Positions 26,246 through 34,335 of a DNA stretch of 40,171 bases are shown piece by piece. Position numbers and translations under genes: made by a program. The notes beneath the pieces are model-generated. The model was not told the origin of the DNA and did no database searches. It saw nothing but the letters and a program-made list of their open reading frames with translations. Within the stretch, counting starts at the first letter, position 1. Each line of letters opens with the position of its first letter. Source of the DNA: a virus (taxonomy: Duplodnaviria; Caudoviricetes); IMG/VR virus record IMGVR_UViG_3300021086_000107, positions 1 through 40,171 of that record; one strand, 5' to 3'.

Positions 26246-26477
26246 CGGTTAGGTGCTGGTTAGGTCTGTGGTTAGGTGCTTTTCCCTGTAAGTTCAGAGA
26301 CTTATCCATATTCCTAACGACCTAACCACCTAACCACCTATTTTCACACACACGCGCGTGCGCATGTGCATACGTCTAGGGCGAACGCGTTAGGTCGTTA
26401 GGTCGTTAGGAATTGATCTAAGGCCTTGGTCCTGTTGATCTTTCGACCTAACCACGGACCTAACCAGCACCTAACCG
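26246..26477. repeat. Nested inverted repeat of (G)GTTAGGT units; probable replication origin
   Basis: Outer arms 26246..26277 / 26446..26477 (32 bp, 1 mismatch); inner arms 26310..26334 / 26389..26413 (25 bp, 1 mismatch); lies directly downstream of the helicase gene. Confidence 0.8.
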
Positions 26478-26581
26478 CCCCAGACCCGGCGCGCGGGCCG
26501 CGTCTATGATCGCTCACGCCAACGGGTTGGGGCGCGGGCGGGCATGGGCATGGGGATAGGGCGCAAGCCATTGATACCGCC

Positions 26582-28567
26582 TTAGAATGGAATGGAATAG
26601 GTGTCATCCGCGCTCCGCTCCGCCCTATCGGGCGAAGCTGCGGATGACGGGTCTTCGTCCGCCCTATCGGGCGGGGCGGGCAGGCACAAGGCGAGGGGCA
26701 GCAGGGTCGCCTTGACCGTGCTGCCGATCCAAATGGCCTTGGGCTTGCCATTGGCGCCCAGCGGCACCAGATGCGGCAGGCGGCGCAGCGACTGCACCCA
26801 CACGCCTTGCGCGCCCGGCGCATCGGCCCACTGCGTGCCCGCATAGATCTTGCTCAGCCCACGATGCGAGCTGGCGACCGCGAGATACCGGTCGAGCTTG
26901 ATGGGCTTGCCACCATCCTCGGCACAGACCTTGACGCCAGCCTCCTGCAGCACGCGGTCGGCGAGGGCAGCAGCAGCCGCGTCGTCATCCATGCCCGGAT
27001 AGGTACCGATCGCCCGGCGTATCCAATCCGCGACCGTGAAGCGCAGCCGGTCGCGCGGCGCTTCCAGGGGGGTGGTCAGCAGGTGGCGTAGGCACGCGTC
27101 ATTATCCGACGACTGCGCCTGGATTTCCGCCATGCCTTCGGCCGCCATCTTGTCGCACCAGGCGTCCAGCGTCTCGCCATCGGGCGGGTGGTCGTACAGC
27201 AGCAGGTCGGCGCAGGCCAGCAGCGTGCCATACACGTCTTGCCCGCGCGACGAGTGGCCCGCGCGGGCCATGGCGTCGCGATAGGCCTCGCAGGTCGCAT
27301 CATAGCGATGCCATTGCTCTGTCAGCTGGCGCAGCAGCCGCGCCCCCAGCTCCGCGCAGGTCCGCTCGCTCATATCGGGTGGGGGCGAGCTACCCAGCGC
27401 GTCAAGCTCGATGACGGCGATGCGCGATCTATCCTGCGGCAACAGCGGCGGGATCAGGATCGATGAAAACAGGAAACACGATCGCAAGGTGAATTGCGTC
27501 GCTTTGTGATCGGACCCGCCCCGGATCGCCAGCGCGCCGGTCGCGGCCGAGCGGGCCAGCTCGACCATCGCCTTCATTTTTCGGCCATCCGTATCGGCCT
27601 CGGCCTCGTCGATCGCGACCGGCCGGCTGTCATGGCCCAGCACCTGGCGTACGCCAGCGGCCGAGGCGTCCGACGTGTGCAGCATGGTGCCGGCGCCCAG
27701 CGTCCGGTCGACCAGCTTGTCCATGCTGGACTTGCCGGTGTTGTACGCGCCGGTGATCCACATGACCGGCCGCCAGCCCAGGGCGCCCCCCAGCATCGCG
27801 GCGCCGATCCAGCCCAGCACCAGATGGTCATCGATCCCCGGCCGGCGCAGCGACCAGGTGCCGAGCATGCGCAACATCTTGGCGCCGGCACCCTCAGCGC
27901 TATCCTGCGGCTCCCGCGCGGGCGAGGGGCGCGGCAGCGACGGCGCGGTCGGATAGACCTGGCGACCGACGATCCCCGGCTTGCCCTCGATCCAGGGCAG
28001 CGCGCCCGGCTCCTGAAACACTCCCGCATCGCCCGCCCGCACCGTCAGCAGCGCGTCGCCGGCATGCAGCACCAGCTCGTCATCCACCCCCCGCCAGGCG
28101 CCAGCACCGCGCACGCGCCCTACTGGCGACCACACGCCCGCCAGTTTGCAGGCGAGCCGCAGCGTGTCCCCGCACTCCTCCGCCTTGAACCCGGTGATGA
28201 TCCAGGCGCCGGTTTCCTTCATCTGCTGCTTACGCGGCCAGGTCCGAAACACGTATTCCGCGCGCCGGCCGAACAAGTCGATGAGGTTGTTGCGCGAGTG
28301 ATCTTTGGCGCTCAGGTTCCGCAGCTGCCCGGCCTCGCACAGGTAATAGCAGGTGCCGGTATCGTGCCCGAGGGGCGTCACCGGGCAGCCCGCCGGCAAG
28401 ACGCTGTCGCTCGTCTCTTCCGGCGGCCCGTCACCCCGATCGTCCGGCTCGTCGAGCTTTTCGGGGTCGTCGATCTTTTCGGGCAACGCCTCGGCGGCGC
28501 CGCTCCGCCGCCGCCGCTGCCGCATCTCGACCACCTTGCCGGCACTGTCATCCACGGCGTCACTCAC
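26582..28567 (-). CDS. Replicative DNA helicase / primase-associated P-loop ATPase
   Basis: Walker A ITGAYNTGKS, Walker B VAIDEAE, FLFSSI and QDRSRI arginine finger; coupled to the primase gene. Confidence 0.8.
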   Translation of the reverse strand: MSDAVDDSAGKVVEMRQRRRRSGAAEALPEKIDDPEKLDEPDDRGDGPPEETSDSVLPAGCPVTPLGHDTGTCYYLCEAGQLRNLSAKDHSRNNLIDLFGRRAEYVFRTWPRKQQMKETGAWIITGFKAEECGDTLRLACKLAGVWSPVGRVRGAGAWRGVDDELVLHAGDALLTVRAGDAGVFQEPGALPWIEGKPGIVGRQVYPTAPSLPRPSPAREPQDSAEGAGAKMLRMLGTWSLRRPGIDDHLVLGWIGAAMLGGALGWRPVMWITGAYNTGKSSMDKLVDRTLGAGTMLHTSDASAAGVRQVLGHDSRPVAIDEAEADTDGRKMKAMVELARSAATGALAIRGGSDHKATQFTLRSCFLFSSILIPPLLPQDRSRIAVIELDALGSSPPPDMSERTCAELGARLLRQLTEQWHRYDATCEAYRDAMARAGHSSRGQDVYGTLLACADLLLYDHPPDGETLDAWCDKMAAEGMAEIQAQSSDNDACLRHLLTTPLEAPRDRLRFTVADWIRRAIGTYPGMDDDAAAAALADRVLQEAGVKVCAEDGGKPIKLDRYLAVASSHRGLSKIYAGTQWADAPGAQGVWVQSLRRLPHLVPLGANGKPKAIWIGSTVKATLLPLALCLPAPPDRADEDPSSAASPDRAERSADDTYSIPF

Positions 28568-29667
28568 GATGCGGTCCCGCCCCTCAGCACGTCGTTCGCG
28601 TCCTTGACGCCTTCCGGCGGCCGAACCTCATAGACCACGGCCCCGGTTTCACGCAGCCGGGCGAGCGAGCGAACCAGCGCGCGCGCCGCCGGGCTATCCG
28701 GCGCGTCGTTCTGCGCCCACACATTCCAGGCGCCGACATTGGCCAGGCGCAGATTGCCGATATTGCCCAGCGTACCGGCCGCCACGACGCGCGCCGCCGG
28801 CACCGCCAGGGCAACCGACAACCCGTCCTCGATGCCCTCGGTGACATCGATCTCGACCGGCGCCTTGACGGCGCTCAACCGCGGCGCCTGGCCGATCTCG
28901 CCGGTTTCCGGGTCGACCACGATGCCGCGCCACAGCCGGATCGCCGCCCCCCGGAACTGCCCAAGCACCAGCTTGGGCGGATCGAGCGGCGCCTTGGTCA
29001 CCCGCCCATCCGTCTGGATTTCCAGATAGGTGCGATGGACCGCCCGAAAGCTGCCATCCGGGCCAACCATTCCCGCCACCATCGCCGGCCAGCGCCGTTT
29101 GCTTTCCGCGTGCCACAGCTCCGGGTGATAGCGCAGCGATCGGAGCGGAAACGGGAAACGGCGCGCCGCCAGGCCGCGCCCATCCAGGTACCGGTCGACC
29201 GGCGTGCCGGCGATCGGCGCGCCCGACAGATAGATCCGCTGCGCCGCGCCGCGCAGCTTCGCCGCCTCCGCCTCGGCCGCCGCGTCGCTGGTATCGTGTC
29301 GCTCGACCGCCGCGCGGGTCCGGCGCAGCGCGGTCGGGTCGGTGCCGTCGAGGCCAAGCCAGCCGCGTGCCCAGCGCAGTGCCCGCCCCTTGTCGCGGCC
29401 GAACAGCACATGGGCGACCAGGTCCAGCGCGTCGCCGCCCGTATCCGCCGCGAAATCCTTCCACACGCCCGATTTCGGCCCTGCCAAATGCACCGACAGG
29501 CTGCGGCCCGGGCCGCCCCGCAGGTCGCCGCATACCCACTCCGCTTGCCGCCGCGCACCACCCGGCAACAGCTCCGCCGCCAGATCGGGCGCCCGCGCCG
29601 CCAGCATCGAGACGATACGGTCGATCGGCACCAGGTCGCGGCGCGGCGAACTGTGGGACGGCGTCAT
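28564..29667 (-). CDS. DNA primase (P4-alpha-like N-terminus plus TOPRIM)
   Basis: EW.CGDL.G.PG.SLSV.L...G.W.DFA...GGDALDL, AVHRTYL, VTEGIEDGLS, AQND and KDAND motifs. Confidence 0.88.
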   Translation of the reverse strand: MTPSHSSPRRDLVPIDRIVSMLAARAPDLAAELLPGGARRQAEWVCGDLRGGPGRSLSVHLAGPKSGVWKDFAADTGGDALDLVAHVLFGRDKGRALRWARGWLGLDGTDPTALRRTRAAVERHDTSDAAAEAEAAKLRGAAQRIYLSGAPIAGTPVDRYLDGRGLAARRFPFPLRSLRYHPELWHAESKRRWPAMVAGMVGPDGSFRAVHRTYLEIQTDGRVTKAPLDPPKLVLGQFRGAAIRLWRGIVVDPETGEIGQAPRLSAVKAPVEIDVTEGIEDGLSVALAVPAARVVAAGTLGNIGNLRLANVGAWNVWAQNDAPDSPAARALVRSLARLRETGAVVYEVRPPEGVKDANDVLRGGTAS

Positions 29668-29861
29668 CCCAGCGCCTCGCGCAGCTCGTAAATCGTCATG
29701 TCGTCGGGCAGCTCGCGCACCAGGCGCCGCACCTGATTGCGCATCGCCGCGATATCGCGATCGACCTGCGGGCCGGGATCCGACCAGGTGGCCGCCCGCC
29801 CCGACAGGCCGCCGGCGGCGGATGCCAGCGCTTCCTCAACGATATCGCGGTGTTCGTTCAT
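29664..29861 (-). CDS. Hypothetical protein
   Basis: ATGA-coupled on both sides. Confidence 0.6.
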   Translation of the reverse strand: MNEHRDIVEEALASAAGGLSGRAATWSDPGPQVDRDIAAMRNQVRRLVRELPDDMTIYELREALG

Positions 29862-30175
29862 GCGCTGCCGGCCGCGAAGACGACGAAGCGCATTTCCAAC
29901 CGTTCCAGATCCGGCGGGCGCAGTCGCATGCTGTCGAAGCGGGTCGAGATTTGCGACCAGCTTGCCTCGGTGAAGAAGTCTTCCTTGCGCACCTCGCCCT
30001 TATGCGTGTCGCACAAGTACACGCCGAGCTCGCCGATGAGCAAATGCTTGTCACGCTTGGGATAGCCGCGTGCCCACGCCTTGAAACCAACCTGCCAATC
30101 GGCCGGAGCGTGGCAGCCATCGCGGCAGCATTTGCCGTCATGGGCGCCCCGGCGATGGAAGACCATCCGCATCAT
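29858..30175 (-). CDS. Putative Zn-binding protein, paralog of 19939..20292
   Basis: KCCRDGC...YLCDTHKGEVRKEDFFT; ATG 30175 coupled to the upstream stop. Confidence 0.7.
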   Translation of the reverse strand: MMRMVFHRRGAHDGKCCRDGCHAPADWQVGFKAWARGYPKRDKHLLIGELGVYLCDTHKGEVRKEDFFTEASWSQISTRFDSMRLRPPDLERLEMRFVVFAAGSA

Positions 30176-30741
30176 GGCGAAAAAGCCGCCGGCGGCGCAT
30201 CGGCGACCGCTTCCGCAGGCGCCCCGGCAACCACCCGGCGTATCCAGTCCCCAAAGGTGGTGTTCAGCAAGTGTAGCAGGCACGCATCACCATCCAATGA
30301 CTGCGCCTGGATCTCTGCCATAGGCGCCCCGGGCCGCCTCACCCCGTCTGTTTGGCGAACGGCGTTCGCCGACGGAGGCGAACGCGTATCCAGCGCCGCA
30401 TAAGCGTCGAGGATCGCCTGCCGGCTTTCCCGCTCGACCCGCACCGCCGTCACCAGGGCGCATGCCATCAGCGACCTTTCGCCGGCGCCCGTCGTGGTGT
30501 GGTTCGGCGCCAAGGTTTCCAGCAACGCCGCCGCCGTTTCGCCATGCTGCAGCAGACGCGACAGCAGGATGCAGCTGTCATCCGCCCAAGCCTCGATGGC
30601 GCTCCCCGTCTTGTGGCCATCGATGAACACTTCGAGCGCCCGGCCCGCGCGGTCGAACCCCACCGCGACGATCCAGTCGCGGCCGTTCCACTCGACCGCC
30701 TCGGTGATCTGCAGCCGCCGATCGGGTAAACGCTGTCTCAT
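30172..30741 (-). CDS. Stand-alone TSCPD-like (class II RNR C-terminal) domain protein with helicase-derived tail
   Basis: RQRLPDRR...VGF...G...EVFI...K.GS......D..ILLSRLLQHG pattern; residues from ~141 resemble a segment of the helicase. Confidence 0.65.
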   Translation of the reverse strand: MRQRLPDRRLQITEAVEWNGRDWIVAVGFDRAGRALEVFIDGHKTGSAIEAWADDSCILLSRLLQHGETAAALLETLAPNHTTTGAGERSLMACALVTAVRVERESRQAILDAYAALDTRSPPSANAVRQTDGVRRPGAPMAEIQAQSLDGDACLLHLLNTTFGDWIRRVVAGAPAEAVADAPPAAFSP

Positions 30742-30916
30742 GGCCCTGAAGCTCTCTTTGGGGGTTCGGCCGGGGTGTCACCACCCCGGCCTTGCCACGG
30801 CGTTGCCCCGCTTGGCCGCCAAAGTGCGCCGCCGGGGGACGGCACCGCAGCGGGGCTTGGTTTGCTGCGGTGCGCCGCGCACCGCCCAGGATTTCCCCCG
30901 GCGATCTGAATGGATT

Positions 30917-31159
30917 TCACGACGTGGCTTCCTTCTGGTCATCGGCCTGGCGACGGCGCGCCACCGGCTCGCGCGTCTTGGCCCACACGCCGCCGCGCCG
31001 TTCCCAGCGCTCGCCGGTGCCGTCATGCTCGATCGTGATGGGCCCGAACCGCCAGGGCCGGTCGACCAGGTTCATCGCCGCTTGGCGGGTGCTGCATCGG
31101 CCCAAATGGATGGCGCCGCGCGCCACCACCCAGGCAAGGCGCGCACCCGGCGCGGTCAC
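30917..31159 (-). CDS. Hypothetical protein
   Basis: GTG start overlapping the upstream stop; AAGGAAG at its 3' end could serve as the RBS of a next ORF. Confidence 0.5.
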   Translation of the reverse strand: MTAPGARLAWVVARGAIHLGRCSTRQAAMNLVDRPWRFGPITIEHDGTGERWERRGGVWAKTREPVARRRQADDQKEATS

Positions 31160-31284
31160 GGGTTTCCGCTCCAATACTCGACCAACACCATCGCCATGAT
31201 GCCCAGCGCCACGCCGAACACGACGCCAACCCCGAAGCTGAGGCGCAGCACGTTGATCACGTCGAGGGTCAGGGGCACGGTCAT
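31156..31284 (-). CDS. Small membrane peptide
   Basis: 42 aa with one hydrophobic helix (LSFGVGVVFGVALGIMAMVLV); start uncertain. Confidence 0.4.
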   Translation of the reverse strand: MTVPLTLDVINVLRLSFGVGVVFGVALGIMAMVLVEYWSGNP

Positions 31285-31414
31285 CGGCTCAGCCCGAAAT
31301 GCCATGCGGCGCGCCGCAGGCACCAGCTGGCCACTTGCGTGGTCCCCTTGCCGGCGCGGCCCCAGGGAAAGGCGGCCAGCGCATAGAGCGTGGCCAGGAT
31401 GGCGTGAAGTTTCT

Positions 31415-31828
31415 TCAAGGTGCTCCCCTGTCATGGTGGCCTTCAGGCCCCTTGCCTCGATCGAGCGCTCTGCGGTCCCGGCACGCCGCCAGGATCGCCT
31501 CCGCCTGCTGTTCGATCTCGTTGAGTTCCGCCTGGGTTTGCAGGGCCATCGCCCATTGGCCGCAGACATCCAGCACGCGGCCGGCGAAGGCCGGGCCATA
31601 GACCGCGAACAGGGCGAGCAGATGCTTGGTGCCCGGCGGCTCGCCGCTCAGCCAGCGGCGCACCGTCACATTGGCCACCGCGGTGCCCGCCCGTTCCAGG
31701 TCGCGCGCCACCAGTTGTTCGGCATTGGCCGGGTGTATCCGGCGCAGGCTCGCCGCCACCTGATGGCCCGCCATGCGGGCGATCGTGGCGCTCACGCGAA
31801 GTTTCCTATCGTGATCCGATACCGACAT
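31415..31828 (-). CDS. CII-position HTH regulator
   Basis: AEQLVARDL...TVRRWLSGE.P...HLLAL...YG pattern; follows cro. Confidence 0.65.
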   Translation of the reverse strand: MSVSDHDRKLRVSATIARMAGHQVAASLRRIHPANAEQLVARDLERAGTAVANVTVRRWLSGEPPGTKHLLALFAVYGPAFAGRVLDVCGQWAMALQTQAELNEIEQQAEAILAACRDRRALDRGKGPEGHHDRGAP

Positions 31829-31946
31829 TGTTTCCCACCGCCGCTAAGTTTCGGGGCGTTGGGATGGTCTGGAAAACCACTGAGCGAATGTGACGGGCGG
31901 AGGGCTGCAACCCTCCCGCCGGCCAAGGGAGGAGCAAGTAATTTCG

Positions 31947-32177
31947 TCATGCCGCCCTGCGCCGTCGGGTGACGATCAAGTGAGCGACAGTCTCGATCGT
32001 TACGTCATCGGCGCCGCGCTCTTTCGCGGCGAGGGCGATGGGACGCCACTTGATCGGGGGCACCTGTCCAGCCGCCCGCCAATTGAACACGGCGGTGCGA
32101 CTGACGCCGACCGCCTCGCCCAAGGCCGCGTCGCCACCAAAAAGCGCACTCAGATCGTCGAACGAACGAATTGCCAT
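31947..32177 (-). CDS. Cro-like repressor
   Basis: FGGDAALGEAVGVSRTAVFNWR..GQVP...W HTH; divergent from CI. Confidence 0.85.
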   Translation of the reverse strand: MAIRSFDDLSALFGGDAALGEAVGVSRTAVFNWRAAGQVPPIKWRPIALAAKERGADDVTIETVAHLIVTRRRRAA

Positions 32178-32187
32178 CCGATCGATT

Positions 32188-32261
32188 TGTCAGATTTTGT
32201 GTCTTTATGCAATGGGTAAAAGTGACGTGCACCACCAGATATGGTGTCAGATAATGTGAAC
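32188..32261. promoter_or_regulatory. Operators of the lysis/lysogeny switch (17-bp TGTCAG-W5-STGACA type)
   Basis: TGTCAGATTTTGTGTCT 32188..32204 and TGTCAGATAATGTGAAC 32245..32261, between cro and cI. Confidence 0.7.
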
Positions 32262-32570
32262 ATGGCACCAAAGACAGTACCAACCCAGCAGGAACGGGAA
32301 ATCGCGGCGCGGTTGACCGCGACCCGTGAGGCTCTCGGTTTTACACAGCAGGAGATGGCCACAAGCGTCGGTGTGGAACGCACGGCTTGGGCGAATTGGG
32401 AAGCCGCCAGAAACCTGCCCAATATGCTGGCCCTAGCCAGATTGCGCGAGCGCTATGGCGTCACCCTGGACTGGATCATCGTGGGTGACCCGTCAGGATT
32501 AAGGCATTCTCTGGCAACAAAAATTCCGGCGCTACTATCCGACTTTTCCAAGGTTGGAAAAGAAGCGTAG
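32241..32570 (+). CDS. CI-like XRE-family repressor lacking the S24 autopeptidase domain
   Basis: RLTATREALGFTQQEMATSVGVERTAWANWEAA.NLP...YGVTLDWI HTH; only ~105 aa. The true start may be ATG 32262 (possibly leaderless). Confidence 0.85.
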   Translation: MVSDNVNMAPKTVPTQQEREIAARLTATREALGFTQQEMATSVGVERTAWANWEAARNLPNMLALARLRERYGVTLDWIIVGDPSGLRHSLATKIPALLSDFSKVGKEA

Positions 32571-32726
32571 GCGCACGAAGCCAACCCCCAGGGGGGGGGC
32601 GATACTTGATCCAGGTCGCCTTGGCGATTTTTTTGAGAGTTACGGAGGCGCGTCCTCAACGAGACCGCCGAATACCCTCGCCCTAATGATCAGATCTTCG
32701 TTTTAATGAGTGCTGGCCGCCGTAGA

Positions 32727-32993
32727 TTATTGGCGGGGGACGCACCTGTACGAGCTATTCGTTACGCCCGCGAAGTCCGATCTCTCCAATAGGGGGACGG
32801 CGTCTTTACCGTATTTGTCGCAGATCGCCTGCGCGACGCTTTGAACCTCTCCTATGCTTGCAAGCAGAGGGTCGTATCGTACCGTGACGGAACTGGAGTT
32901 TTCGAACTCCACGTTATACGGCAACCCCCATCCAACGGCGCAGGCCGCGAGCGGTGCCGCCACCAGCACGATACCAAGATTCTTCACGCTCAT
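32727..32993 (-). CDS. Small lipoprotein (moron; candidate superinfection exclusion factor)
   Basis: Signal peptide with lipobox LAAC, two further Cys, lower GC, converging on cI. Confidence 0.65.
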   Translation of the reverse strand: MSVKNLGIVLVAAPLAACAVGWGLPYNVEFENSSSVTVRYDPLLASIGEVQSVAQAICDKYGKDAVPLLERSDFAGVTNSSYRCVPRQ

Positions 32994-33076
32994 AACCACC
33001 ACCCAAAATTGTAGAGAAAGCCTAACAGCGTCCTTTATGTTTGGGTATGTCCGATTGCGCGTTGTGTCACGACCAA

Positions 33077-33126
33077 TGTCAGAATATGTGACTTTTTAGG
33101 CTTGCGTCATGTCAGTATTTCTGACA
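33077..33126. promoter_or_regulatory. Operators at the early rightward promoter
   Basis: TGTCAGAATATGTGACT 33077..33093 and TGTCAGTATTTCTGACA 33110..33126 (perfect 6-bp arms); same family as 32188 and 32245. Confidence 0.75.
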
Positions 33127-33157
33127 TTCGATAATCCGTTCATCAACGGAGGCGCAC

Positions 33158-33373
33158 ATGTCCCTGCATCTCGTTTCTACTTTGCCGCACACGAACGCCG
33201 TTCGCGCCTGTCCCTTTTGTGAGGGGTGCGGTCAGGTTTCCGACGGTCCACGGCCGGTTCCGTGGCGTCGCTGGCTTCACGCCGGCCGGTTCGCGTTCAC
33301 CGAATACATGCTGGGGTTGGTCAATCCCTGCACCTGCCTTGTGTGCCACGGCGCCGGCTGGGTGGCGTCATGA
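33158..33373 (+). CDS. Small Zn-finger protein (CxxCxGxG repeats)
   Basis: CPFCEGCG...CLVCHGAG; GGAGG RBS. Confidence 0.75.
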   Translation: MSLHLVSTLPHTNAVRACPFCEGCGQVSDGPRPVPWRRWLHAGRFAFTEYMLGLVNPCTCLVCHGAGWVAS

Positions 33374-33771
33374 GCGGGGGCTTTCCGTTCGGGAAGCATT
33401 CACCTTCCCCACGCGACGCCGTTCTTGCGCACAAAACCTCTATCGTTCGCGCATCGGCCGCGCTGCTCAATGAACGCAATCGTCAGGTCGATGTCGAAGG
33501 TTACTCCACCGACCACGACGACCTGCACGGCTATCGGCAGCTCGCCGCCGCTGCCGGCGCCTATGCCTTGTCCGCCAGCGGCGCCGACGAAGCCAAGCAT
33601 CAGTGGCCATGGCAAATGGCGGAATTCAACCCCAAGGACCCGCGCCGCGACCTGGTACGCGCCGGCGCGCTAATCCTCGCCGCGATCAACGCGTTCGACC
33701 GTAAGGCCGCCGGGGATAAGGCCGACCGCCAGGCTGCCAGGAACGCGGCCGACCAGGCGGCCAAATCATGA
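33370..33771 (+). CDS. Conserved phage protein (ERxRQ...EG...HDD...WPW...RRDLVRAGALI family)
   Basis: Recognisable widespread phage motif set; ATGA-coupled; function unknown. Confidence 0.75.
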   Translation: MSGGFPFGKHSPSPRDAVLAHKTSIVRASAALLNERNRQVDVEGYSTDHDDLHGYRQLAAAAGAYALSASGADEAKHQWPWQMAEFNPKDPRRDLVRAGALILAAINAFDRKAAGDKADRQAARNAADQAAKS

Positions 33772-34121
33772 GCCCCGCTCAGCCGGCGCCCTTCGATCCA
33801 TTGGCCGCGCCCTACGCGCCGCTCTCGCCTGCGCAGCGGGCCTTGCTCGGCCGGGCGCCGATCGCCTTCGAGCCGATGCCGACCGATCTCGGCATCTCGA
33901 ATGCGACGGTGCGGGCGCTCGAGGAACGGCTATGGGTCGACACCGTGTATCTCGGCCTCGGCGACGGCCCTACCCGCCTGCGCCACACCGCCAATCCACG
34001 CGCCTGGCAGTGGCGACGGCGTAGCCCGGAGGAGCGCGACGCGATCCTCGCCAACATCCGCCGCCACCGCGCCGATCGCGCGGCACAGCGCCGGGCTTAC
34101 GCCGAAAGGGCCGCGTCATGA
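33768..34121 (+). CDS. Hypothetical protein
   Basis: ATGA-coupled in the early operon. Confidence 0.6.
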   Translation: MSPAQPAPFDPLAAPYAPLSPAQRALLGRAPIAFEPMPTDLGISNATVRALEERLWVDTVYLGLGDGPTRLRHTANPRAWQWRRRSPEERDAILANIRRHRADRAAQRRAYAERAAS

Positions 34122-34246
34122 CGCCCCTCAAGACGCGCGTTCCCCCGCCGATCCGCCGGCTGCGCGCCAAGCGCGTCGTCGGATTGCTCGCCCAACTCGG
34201 CATTTTCGCCGTGGTCTGCGGCCTGTTCGCCTGGCGGTGGTCATGA
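34118..34246 (+). CDS. Small membrane peptide (42 aa), not in the ORF track
   Basis: MTPLKTRVPPPIRRLRAKRVVGLLAQLGIFAVVCGLFAWRWS; ATGA-coupled at both ends. Confidence 0.55.
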   Translation: MTPLKTRVPPPIRRLRAKRVVGLLAQLGIFAVVCGLFAWRWS

Positions 34247-34335
34247 GGGTCTTTCTCATCGCCACCGCCGCCGGCCTCGCCATCTGGTCCTTCGCGGGCT
34301 TCGCCGCCCTCATTATGTGGAGCTTTCTATCATGA
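34243..34335 (+). CDS. Small membrane peptide (30 aa)
   Basis: MRVFLIATAAGLAIWSFAGFAALIMWSFLS; ATGA-coupled at both ends. Confidence 0.55.
   Translation: MRVFLIATAAGLAIWSFAGFAALIMWSFLS

Noticed and set aside
26246-26477. Telomere or protelomerase target because of TTAGG units
   Set aside because: Units are interrupted and internal, no protelomerase is encoded, and the phage integrates through a tyrosine integrase.
30738-30920. 60-aa ORF between small early genes
   Set aside because: It is coupled at both ends, but the product is low-complexity with no motif, so it is not supported well enough to list.
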